Positions 1 to 8,083 of a stretch of 64,000 nt of DNA are shown in pieces. Every line of letters starts with the position of its first letter. Within the stretch, counting starts at the first letter, position 1. A program made the translations under genes and the position numbers. The DNA comes from Lachnospiraceae bacterium (GTDB lineage Bacteria; Bacillota; Clostridia; Lachnospirales; Lachnospiraceae), in NCBI GenBank assembly GCA_045587325.1, contig JAZNBY010000181.1:3265-67264 (forward strand). The letters run 5' to 3'. Below the pieces are notes generated by a model, which searched no databases, was not told the DNA's origin, and worked only from the letters and a program-made list of their open reading frames with translations.

Positions 1-2292
1 AAGTGTAAATCGTGTAAGCGAGAGGTATCAGGACTGAAATGTTCCTGTGGTTCCGATGAATGGGATGTTTTGCCATCCAAGCAGGAAGTAACCGGTCTTC
101 AATGTCCGAATTGTTCCAGTATCCTTGTTCCGTACAAAGGTAAAGGAGATAAGAAGAATAAGGACGAAGATGATTGTGTAGGTCTTACCCTTACGCCGGT
201 TGATTTTTCATCGCAAAGAACCTCGAATAGCACATGTTTGTATTGTGGAGAACCTTTGTGGCAACCACATGTGCGTAATATCGGCTGTACTGAACGAGGT
301 AAATGGCGTAAAATTTCGCATTATGCAAATAAGGCGAAAAAAAGAAAAGTTACTGCATGGGTTCATATCAATCACATAGAGGATTACCTTCTTGAGAAAG
401 ATATTGAACCAAATGAGTATACCTTTGTAAAGGGTGAGGGTGTACGCCGCTATGACCCGGCGAGTTTCATCAAAAAGAAAATGAAGAATTTCTTTGACAT
501 TGCTATTTTTGATGAAGTTCATATGTTAAAGGGCGGCGATACTGCACAAGGACATGCAATGCATGCTCTTATAAGAAGCAGTCACCAGCAGCTTGCATTA
601 ACCGGTACGATAGCCGGAGGGTGTGCGCATCATCTTTTTTATGTTCTGTTCCGCCTTGATCCGGCAAGAATGCGTAAAGAAGGTTTTTCCTGGAGTAAGG
701 TGAGCAAATTTGCAGAGGTTTATGGTTCCATTGAGACCGAGTATGAAGCTGTTCCGTCTTATGATGGAGAGTATAATGTTTGTTCTCGTGGAAAGCGGAT
801 GCATGAGCCAAAGGTTGTTCCGGGAATTTCACCGCTTATTTACACCAGGTTCCTTTTAGACAAAGCGGTAATGTTGGATATTACCGATATGTCACAGCAT
901 CTTCCAAAATTACATGAAAATGTTGTATTGGTTGAGGCGGAGGACCCGGATGAGTGTGAGGCACAGAGTAAATACGCTGGTATTGTGCAATATCTTAAAG
1001 ATTTGGCACGCAGCGGGCTTGGAATGTCGGTATTATCGACAATGCTCCAGTTTAGCTTGTCCTATTTGGATAAGCCATACGGGGTAGGAAACATTCTGGA
1101 CCCGTTCACGGGAGCAGAATTGGTTGAGGTACCGAGTTTCGACAAATTTTCCGATGTCAGAAATCTTCTGGCAAAGGAGAAGGAGCTTGTGAGGATTGTA
1201 AAGAGTGAGCTTGCGGAAAATCGTAACTGCTTTGTATACGCAGAATATACGAACAGTCCGCAGACATGTATTACGCAGAGATTAAAAGATGTTTTGATGT
1301 ATCATGCAGGTTTAAAGGATAACGAAGTGGTTGTTCTTGATAGTACGGCGGTGGAGGCATCGAAGCGTGAGGCGTGGATACATGAGAAGGCGGAGGCCGG
1401 TATGAAGGTTTGTATTGTAAATCCTCGTTGTGTTGAAACAGGACTGGACTTTTGTTTCAAGTATAAAGGGAAAGTTTATAACTATCAAACCATACTGTTT
1501 TTCCAGCTATCCTACTCACTTTTCACAAATTGGCAGGCGTCTCGAAGACATTACAGACTGAACCAAAAGGATGAGTGTCGTACCTACTATATGGCTTATA
1601 AGGGGACGGTACAAGAGGTAGTTATATCTCTTATTGCTGAGAAAATGGCGGCTACGGCTGCTATCCAAGGAAAATTCTCCGCAGAGGGAATTTCTGCGAT
1701 GGCGCAGGGTGTAGATACGAGAATACGACTTGCGCAGGCATTGTCTAACATGGATGAAGAGACCGGAAAGGAATTGCAGTCAATGTTTGATGTTGTCAAT
1801 TCCGCAAACAATTCATCGGAAGAAGATAGTAAATATCAGCCGATGTTGCTTCTCCGGGAGTTAATCGGTGAGGACAATGTAAATGCGCAGGAGAGAACGG
1901 TTGAAGAAATTTCCGAACTGCCGTCCTTTGATATCTTAAGTCTTTTTGAAGAGGATATTTTTGGTGACGATGAGGAAACTGTGGTTGATGTGGACACTTC
2001 TGAGGAAGTGGTTGTCAATCCGTATCCGGAAGGATGTATCTTTAATCCGGTAAACGCGTTCAAATCGACACTGCAAGTCAACAAAGAAGAAGTTGTTCTT
2101 ACTGCTTCCATGGAAACCGTTACGGAAACCGTGTCGGATGTGGATCAGGGATTGGGAGAAGAATTCTTCTCCTTAATGGACCTTTTATTCGGCGATACTT
2201 CCTCGGAGGTATCGAGTAAAAAGTCTGTAGGCGTTACTCCGAAAAAATCCAAATCGAAAAAGATGATGGATAATCAGGAGTTATTATTCTAA
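1..2292 (+). CDS. SNF2/DEAD-like superfamily-2 helicase with inserted zinc-ribbon segments (5' end outside window)
   Basis: Frame 1 has no stop from base 1, so the listed TTG at 70 is not the true start. Motif II FDEVHMLKG, motif III LALTGTIAGG, motif VI-like WQASRRHYRLNQ. CxxC pairs KCKSC/CSCG, CPNC, CLYCG. Acidic S/E-rich tail ending QELLF-stop. Confidence 0.8.
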   Translation, partial: KCKSCKREVSGLKCSCGSDEWDVLPSKQEVTGLQCPNCSSILVPYKGKGDKKNKDEDDCVGLTLTPVDFSSQRTSNSTCLYCGEPLWQPHVRNIGCTERGKWRKISHYANKAKKRKVTAWVHINHIEDYLLEKDIEPNEYTFVKGEGVRRYDPASFIKKKMKNFFDIAIFDEVHMLKGGDTAQGHAMHALIRSSHQQLALTGTIAGGCAHHLFYVLFRLDPARMRKEGFSWSKVSKFAEVYGSIETEYEAVPSYDGEYNVCSRGKRMHEPKVVPGISPLIYTRFLLDKAVMLDITDMSQHLPKLHENVVLVEAEDPDECEAQSKYAGIVQYLKDLARSGLGMSVLSTMLQFSLSYLDKPYGVGNILDPFTGAELVEVPSFDKFSDVRNLLAKEKELVRIVKSELAENRNCFVYAEYTNSPQTCITQRLKDVLMYHAGLKDNEVVVLDSTAVEASKREAWIHEKAEAGMKVCIVNPRCVETGLDFCFKYKGKVYNYQTILFFQLSYSLFTNWQASRRHYRLNQKDECRTYYMAYKGTVQEVVISLIAEKMAATAAIQGKFSAEGISAMAQGVDTRIRLAQALSNMDEETGKELQSMFDVVNSANNSSEEDSKYQPMLLLRELIGEDNVNAQERTVEEISELPSFDILSLFEEDIFGDDEETVVDVDTSEEVVVNPYPEGCIFNPVNAFKSTLQVNKEEVVLTASMETVTETVSDVDQGLGEEFFSLMDLLFGDTSSEVSSKKSVGVTPKKSKSKKMMDNQELLF

Positions 2293-2359
2293 AAAATATT
2301 AAAATGTGAAGGAGGCTAGTACCCGTAATAAGACGCAGAGCGCAGCGGGGAACAGTATT

Positions 2360-3502
2360 ATGTTAAAAATCAATGTAAACGAGTTAAAGGCAGCTTTAAA
2401 GAAGACAAAGGGTTTTGTTAAGGACAGCATTGTCATGGAGTTTTCGGTTTGTACCACGGACACAGGAAAGGAACAGTATTTAAAGGTAGTGGCATCCAAT
2501 GGAGTAGCCCAGGCCACTGTTGCAGTATCCTATGTTGGCGACAATGAGGAGACGGTGAGATATATTGTTGCTCCTACTTTTATTGATGTAGTGGAGTCTA
2601 TCTCCGTTTTTGGTGATGAAGTCACCATTGAGGCGTTAGATAACACCTTGAAGCTGGAGTGTGGCGATGCTGTGGTTCCGGTTGCTTGCATGAAGGATGG
2701 TACTGTTTTGAAGATGCAGAGTCTTAAAAAAGTAGAGAAGTACCAGGCAAGTTTGAAGGCAGCGGAGTTTGCAGACCTTGTATCTCATGGTGGTTTTGCT
2801 GCCGGGGATGCTACGATGCCGGTACCGGTATTTAAGGAAACGGTGGTTTTCACCCCTTGCGTAGACGGGGAGAAGCTTACCTTGAGAGCGTTAAGCTGTA
2901 ACGGTGCTTTTGTTGCGTCTGCTGAGGCAGAGGTGGAAACAGTAGATGGAGCTTCCTTTAACAAGTTCGCAGGGGTTGTAGAAGGCGAAACACAGAAAAG
3001 CATTGCAATCAATTATGCGAGCCTCTTGGCTCTCGCGAAGAGAATTGAGAGTGAGAAGGTAAACCTTGTATTTACTGCTAAGCAGGTAGTTGTTTCTGAT
3101 GGTAGAGATGTGTACCTGTTTGCTGTTGTAGAAGGTGCGGTACCTGGCTCTATTGTTGATTTGGTTGTAGGTGAAGTGAAGAAGTGCTTCGAGTATACCC
3201 TTGACCGTGATACTTTAAAGAAGGCAATTACGGTTGTCTGCTTGACAGGTGAAAGATTAGCGCGTCTTTCTTTCAATGGTGAGACTCTTACTATTGAGGA
3301 TGGAAAGCACACTTCTCGTGCAGCTGTTCCGATGACGGCTGTTATGGACAGTAAGGCAGAGGTGCTGATGGATGCTAACTTTGTAAAGAGTATTGCGTCC
3401 ACTATGCCGGCCGAGCTTACGGTCTACAGTCCGGAAGGAGGAAAGGGTGTCTACTTTGAGGGAACGGGAAGTAAGGCGTACTTGCTTCCGGTTAAGGAAT
3501 AG
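2360..3502 (+). CDS. DnaN-like sliding-clamp (DNA polymerase III beta) homologue, 380 aa
   Basis: Length fits a three-domain clamp. The N-terminus MLKINVNELKAALKK and segments such as YLKVVASNGVAQATVAV and TLKLECGDAVVPVACM follow the DnaN pattern as I remember it. Start chosen at ATG 2360; the listed GTG 2306 has no RBS. Not verified by search. Confidence 0.55.
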   Translation: MLKINVNELKAALKKTKGFVKDSIVMEFSVCTTDTGKEQYLKVVASNGVAQATVAVSYVGDNEETVRYIVAPTFIDVVESISVFGDEVTIEALDNTLKLECGDAVVPVACMKDGTVLKMQSLKKVEKYQASLKAAEFADLVSHGGFAAGDATMPVPVFKETVVFTPCVDGEKLTLRALSCNGAFVASAEAEVETVDGASFNKFAGVVEGETQKSIAINYASLLALAKRIESEKVNLVFTAKQVVVSDGRDVYLFAVVEGAVPGSIVDLVVGEVKKCFEYTLDRDTLKKAITVVCLTGERLARLSFNGETLTIEDGKHTSRAAVPMTAVMDSKAEVLMDANFVKSIASTMPAELTVYSPEGGKGVYFEGTGSKAYLLPVKE

Positions 3503-3526
3503 TAGCATACCGGAAATGGTTGTTTT

Positions 3527-3552
3527 GGGTGGAGCTTTTATAGGCTCCACCC
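3527..3552 (+). terminator. Stem-loop after clamp gene
   Basis: GGGTGGAGC (8-nt loop) GCTCCACCC, 9-bp perfect stem. No clear T tract follows. Confidence 0.45.
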
Positions 3553-3712
3553 CTTGCAACTTTACAATGTTTCTTGTCGAAATAATGGGTACAAATGTTG
3601 TATGTATTATTTTGACAAGAAACGCAAAAAAATACAAAAAAATGCTTGACAATATAGCCTTTGTTTATTTACGCTATATTTAGTAAGAAAATGAAGAGGA
3701 GGGTAACAAAAG

Positions 3713-4066
3713 ATGTTACAGAGATTAACTTTTTTAACAGCAACACCGGTTCCGGACTCGACAACTCCGAAAAACCCGGCAAAGTTTTTGGAAGAAAGCG
3801 GTGGAAACGGAACTTTTAGTAGTCTTTCTGATACATTACAGAGTGTTCTTGCAGATGGTTACAAGATGCTTACAGCTGTAGGTATTGGATTGATTGGATG
3901 TGCACTTGTGGTTGCATTTATTCTTTTTGGCGTATTGAAGGATAATTCTTCCATTAAGGAAAACAAGCAGTGGATTGTTCGTTTGATTGGTGCAGTTATC
4001 GGCATTGCGATGGTTCTTACCATTATCGGTATTGCGTATGGAATTGGCGGTAAGATAAAAAATTAA
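3713..4066 (+). CDS. Small two-TM membrane protein, first gene of transfer operon (TcpD/VirB2-position)
   Basis: RBS GAGGAGGG 8 nt upstream. Hydrophobic helices AVGIGLIGCALVVAFILFGVL and LIGAVIGIAMVLTIIGIAYGIG. Confidence 0.6.
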   Translation: MLQRLTFLTATPVPDSTTPKNPAKFLEESGGNGTFSSLSDTLQSVLADGYKMLTAVGIGLIGCALVVAFILFGVLKDNSSIKENKQWIVRLIGAVIGIAMVLTIIGIAYGIGGKIKN

Positions 4067-4080
4067 AGGGGCATGATTGA

Positions 4081-4419
4081 ATGGATACGAGTAGGTTTGC
4101 GTTTTTAACACATAATCCGTGGCAGTTTATAAATGAAAACTCTAAATGGGCGGATGAACCGGCATTGACATCAATGTCACAAGATGTGTATCAGCTCATT
4201 CTCGTAGTCGGATACGGGCTTATAGCACTGTCCATGGTGTTTATGTTTATTAAGTGGGCGCTGTATAAAAAGGAAGATGGTTCCATGAACCGTCGTAATA
4301 CGATTACCGGGCCACTGCTTTTTAAATTTTTTATGGTGATTCTTATATCATGCTTACCGTATCTGATTGGTGAGGTTTATCGAATTATCAATTTAATCGC
4401 AAGATCGATAACCAGTTAA
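4081..4419 (+). CDS. Small two-TM membrane protein
   Basis: Hydrophobic helices LILVVGYGLIALSMVFMFIKWAL and LLFKFFMVILISCLPYLIG. Tight spacing within the operon. Confidence 0.6.
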   Translation: MDTSRFAFLTHNPWQFINENSKWADEPALTSMSQDVYQLILVVGYGLIALSMVFMFIKWALYKKEDGSMNRRNTITGPLLFKFFMVILISCLPYLIGEVYRIINLIARSITS

Positions 4420-4439
4420 TGCAGTCTAAAAGAAAGGAA

Positions 4440-4466
4440 GGGCAGACGGGGTTAGCCTGTCTGCCC
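4440..4466 (+). promoter_or_regulatory. Intra-operon GC-rich stem-loop
   Basis: GGGCAGAC ... GTCTGCCC, 8-bp perfect stem between two small membrane-protein genes. No T tract. Possible attenuator, processing or stability element. Confidence 0.35.
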
Positions 4467-4482
4467 TAATTAGGATAAAATT

Positions 4483-4827
4483 ATGGATAATTTTTCTCAT
4501 GAAGTTTTGGGTGATGTATCTGATGAAACAAGATGGTTAAAGATACTTAGGACAAAGGATTTGTTACAGTTGTCATTGACGGCAATGGTATGTATATTTA
4601 TGTTGAATATTTTTCCGAAAACCGGATTTTTTATATTTTTAGAAGTAGGACTTATGGTTGCTATGCTGATTAAGGTTGCACTTGGACTTCTTACGAAGTC
4701 TTCCAAGGATTATTTACGGGGCGGAGGAGTAGATTTTCTTGAACTGATTAAACGCAAGAAGAACTATAAGAAGTGCAAAAAGGTATATTCTTTAGGAACG
4801 GAGGAGAAATATAATGAGGTTAATTAG
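4483..4827 (+). CDS. PrgI/TcpE/VirB3-like small membrane protein
   Basis: 114 aa with two adjacent hydrophobic helices. It lies just upstream of the VirB4 region, the position VirB3-like proteins occupy in Gram-positive T4SS loci. Confidence 0.5.
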   Translation: MDNFSHEVLGDVSDETRWLKILRTKDLLQLSLTAMVCIFMLNIFPKTGFFIFLEVGLMVAMLIKVALGLLTKSSKDYLRGGGVDFLELIKRKKNYKKCKKVYSLGTEEKYNEVN

Positions 4828-5887
4828 TTTATTGACAGCGGCAGCAGCGCAGGCGGAAAGTATTGTTGCAGAGAAGTCCGGTGTTGATCCGTTTATCGTC
4901 GTTTGTGTGATTTTTGGGGTATTGATTTTTGGTGGACTTGCGTTTGGACTTATCCTGATGCATAAGCAGAAGCAGAATGAGCATACAGGTACTTCGACTA
5001 ATGGTTCAGTGCATAAGACAGAAGAAAACGAGAAATCCGAAGCAAATCATACGGTATATGATTCCAAGCGCATTGTGGAGGGGATTGAGAATATTGAGGA
5101 CGGAATCATCGTGACCGATGGCGGAAAGCGGTTTGTGGCCGCTATTACATGTCGTGGTATCGATTTTTATAATGAAGGTTTGGCGGAGCAGCTGTCTACG
5201 ATGAGAGGATATCAAAGTTTCCTGAATCTGGTTGAGAAGCCTATGACATACCGCTTGTATAGTAAGGCGGTAGATATTGATTCTTCCAAAAACAGATACG
5301 CGATGAAGCTGGAGGAAACAATCGAATTGTTTGAGCAGAGCAGTAAGGAGTTACAGATTGCCAAGGATCGCGGGGCTTCGGAGGAAACGGTCAGGGAGCT
5401 TACGGCTGTGGTGAGTCGGTTTGAGCGAAGAATAGCGCATTTGAATGCACAGCTGGAGTACATGGAGTTTTATTCTGGTACCGATGTTGTTATGGATGTT
5501 ACGCAGACATATCTTTTTGACTGGACATATGAATCGGGTATTGCCGGAACAAAGCTTAGTCCGACGGAAATATTTTTAATGGCTAAGCGGGAATTGAATA
5601 CCATTGCTTCACAGAAAATTGATGCTTTGGCGCAGGCCGGCATTAAGGGAAGAATGTGTACCCAGGATGAGGTTATTGATATGATACGCCGCCATTCCAA
5701 GCCGTTAAGTGCTGAGCTATATAAGCAGAGGATGGTAAATACCTCTTCTTTTGAGGAAGATATTGTGAGCTCTGATTCCCTTGATGAAGTGGCTGCTCTT
5801 CGTACTCGGGAATTATATGAGTCTATGTCGAGCGTAGGGGAAGACTCTTTTACTGGCAAGGGGGAGGTGTATGATGATGAGGAATAG
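4814..5887 (+). CDS. Membrane-anchored coiled-coil protein with VirB4 N-domain-like segment
   Basis: N-terminal TM (FIVVCVIFGVLIFGGLAFGLILM). The segment IENIEDGIIVTDGGKRFVAAITCRGIDFYN mirrors the start of the downstream VirB4. Overlaps both neighbours. Confidence 0.55.
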   Translation: MRLISLLTAAAAQAESIVAEKSGVDPFIVVCVIFGVLIFGGLAFGLILMHKQKQNEHTGTSTNGSVHKTEENEKSEANHTVYDSKRIVEGIENIEDGIIVTDGGKRFVAAITCRGIDFYNEGLAEQLSTMRGYQSFLNLVEKPMTYRLYSKAVDIDSSKNRYAMKLEETIELFEQSSKELQIAKDRGASEETVRELTAVVSRFERRIAHLNAQLEYMEFYSGTDVVMDVTQTYLFDWTYESGIAGTKLSPTEIFLMAKRELNTIASQKIDALAQAGIKGRMCTQDEVIDMIRRHSKPLSAELYKQRMVNTSSFEEDIVSSDSLDEVAALRTRELYESMSSVGEDSFTGKGEVYDDEE

Positions 5888-8066
5888 ATTTGGTGCAAAA
5901 ACTGAAAAGAAGGGTGAGGATTTCTTCTTACAAGGAACCGAAAATGAGCAGTCAAGAGACTATTTTACTGAGCGTAAGGATATTAGAGAGTTGGTTGCTC
6001 CGGAGGGCTTTAAGTGTATCAATGAAGAGTGCGTGAAGATTAGTGATGGCGGTAAGAGTGTATATGTGATGAGTATGTATATCCATAAGCTGCCGCAGAG
6101 AACGAGATTTGCTTCTACTTTTGCGATGTTGTTCAATTATCCGGGTGTAACAAGTAATGTGTTTATTGCACCGCTTGGAGAAACAAAGTCCCAACAGATA
6201 GTAGATAAGAGAGTAAGAAGTCTTGGCGTAGAGCGTGATGATGCGATTGATAGTGGTGACGCTAACCGTATTCGTAAGATGCAGACAAAGTATGATAAGG
6301 CGCAGCAGTGGGCGATGAAGATTGAGAGTGGAGATAACTCTTTATATAATGTACAGTTCCTTTTCACGCTTTTTGCTGAGAGTGAGGAAGCGTTGTACCG
6401 TATGGCTTCTGATTTCAGAGCAAGGGCAATGCAGACGCAAATTGAACTTGTAGCATGTTTTGCGCTTCATACAGAGGCATTTATATCGGCATATCCGTTA
6501 AATCATGTGGAGAAGCATGGGAATGTGGACTTTGTGAAGTCGCATGTATTTGACAGAAGAGGTTTAGGAGATATATTTAATCATACATCCTGTAGCTTCA
6601 CACATCCGAATGGAGTTTATTTGGGGCATTATCTCCAGAGCTTACAGGCATTCTTGTTTGATCCGTTTGATAAGTCTCATGACGGATTTGGTGCAATGTT
6701 CTGCGGCGCAACGGGTGTAGGTAAGTCTGCAACAATTAAGATTTTACAGTCCCGACTTGTAGATTTTGGCGTAAGATTCCGTACTCTTGATATTGAGTCC
6801 CGGTCTGCGCATGGTGAGTATACGCTTACGGCATTGGCAGCGGGCGGTATTAACTTCGATATAAAAGCGAATGGTGCAAATAAGCTGAATCCGTTTGATA
6901 TTAATTCGGAAATGGAGTTTGATGAGAGTACCGGCGCAGAGTATCCAGTATTAAAGCTTGCAGAGAAGAGGGCGTATTTGATTGACCTCTTTATGTCTAT
7001 GGTAAAGATGGGCGGCGGCGATGTGCCGGCAACACTGGACAAGGCAATGGCAAGCATTCTTTCGGATATGTGCACGACGCTGTATACGGAGAGAGGAATT
7101 TTTGATGGTCAGCCGGACAGTCTCTATCATACTGGCGGTAACAACTTCCTTGATTCCGGTCGAAGCAGAAAAGTTATGCCTACGATGACGGATGCATTTA
7201 AGTGGTTATTGATAAATAGACACTTAAATGATAATCATTTACATGATGAAGCGTACCAGGTTCTTGTAGATACCATGCGAGAGCAGGTAAAGGAAGTATA
7301 TTATGGTAAGGAGAGTATTCGTTTCTTCTCAAAAGATGAGTATGCTTCAATGGAGGCGTTTGAAAATGGCACGAAGTGTATTGAGTACAAGGGGGAGAAG
7401 GAGGCAGTTATTCCGGTAATCGGTAGTAAAGCATACTTTGACGGACAGAGTACCTTGCGTGCCGAATTTGACACTCCGTATATCAATTATGACATTTCGC
7501 AGATTCCGGAGGCGGACAGAAAGTTTGCTATACTTGTTCTTCTTGGATACATGGAGGAGAATGATATTAAGCCGAACTCTGCGAATCCGTTCCGTACTAC
7601 GCCACTTATTGTGCTTGTCGATGAGTTACATACATTGTTCCCGTATGCAGAGGCGAGAAGATGTATTGAGCGTTTTTTCCGTACTGCGAGAAAGCGTTGG
7701 GTTGGCCCGTGGGTAGCGACGCAGTCTTTAGCAGATTTTGACGATAAGGAGAAGTATCCGGAACTTGCTGGTGTATATAAGAATACGGATACATACTTTA
7801 TTTTCCGTCATAAAACGGCGGATAGAGAGTGCTTCCAAAATAATACGGAACTTACGGATTCTCAGATTGAGCGTATCTTCAAACTTGGTGTAGACCCGCT
7901 CGATCCGGATGTGTCAGAAGAGGAGAAGAAGAGAAGAACCGGTGAGGTTTGCGTAATTGACCGAGGAAGAGTTGCTTTCATTAAGGTAGATTATCTTGAA
8001 GAAACAGAGGCAGCGTATGTTGAGACCAATGTGGAGAAGATAAGAAGCCGTTACAGCAGAAGATAG
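5871..8066 (+). CDS. virB4: VirB4/TcpF/PrgJ-type conjugative ATPase
   Basis: Walker A GATGVGKSAT, Walker B LIVLVDELHTLF, later WVATQSLADF. Size and context fit a T4SS VirB4. Confidence 0.9.
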   Translation: MMMRNRFGAKTEKKGEDFFLQGTENEQSRDYFTERKDIRELVAPEGFKCINEECVKISDGGKSVYVMSMYIHKLPQRTRFASTFAMLFNYPGVTSNVFIAPLGETKSQQIVDKRVRSLGVERDDAIDSGDANRIRKMQTKYDKAQQWAMKIESGDNSLYNVQFLFTLFAESEEALYRMASDFRARAMQTQIELVACFALHTEAFISAYPLNHVEKHGNVDFVKSHVFDRRGLGDIFNHTSCSFTHPNGVYLGHYLQSLQAFLFDPFDKSHDGFGAMFCGATGVGKSATIKILQSRLVDFGVRFRTLDIESRSAHGEYTLTALAAGGINFDIKANGANKLNPFDINSEMEFDESTGAEYPVLKLAEKRAYLIDLFMSMVKMGGGDVPATLDKAMASILSDMCTTLYTERGIFDGQPDSLYHTGGNNFLDSGRSRKVMPTMTDAFKWLLINRHLNDNHLHDEAYQVLVDTMREQVKEVYYGKESIRFFSKDEYASMEAFENGTKCIEYKGEKEAVIPVIGSKAYFDGQSTLRAEFDTPYINYDISQIPEADRKFAILVLLGYMEENDIKPNSANPFRTTPLIVLVDELHTLFPYAEARRCIERFFRTARKRWVGPWVATQSLADFDDKEKYPELAGVYKNTDTYFIFRHKTADRECFQNNTELTDSQIERIFKLGVDPLDPDVSEEEKKRRTGEVCVIDRGRVAFIKVDYLEETEAAYVETNVEKIRSRYSRR

Positions 8067-8083
8067 GAAGGGGGAAGAGCGGT

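Noticed and set aside
3612-3680. Two TTGACA hexamers upstream of the transfer operon as its promoter
   Set aside because: Neither has an acceptable -10 box at 16-18 bp (TACAAA at 15 bp; TATATT at 23 bp). A promoter is likely here, but I cannot place it.
5470-5955. Long antisense ORFs inside well-supported genes (for example 5470..5955, 13438..13860, 14784..15488, 50135..50623, 60537..61192)
   Set aside because: Each lies fully within a longer ORF on the opposite strand that has recognisable motifs and/or an RBS and operon spacing. None has its own RBS. They are treated as frame shadows.
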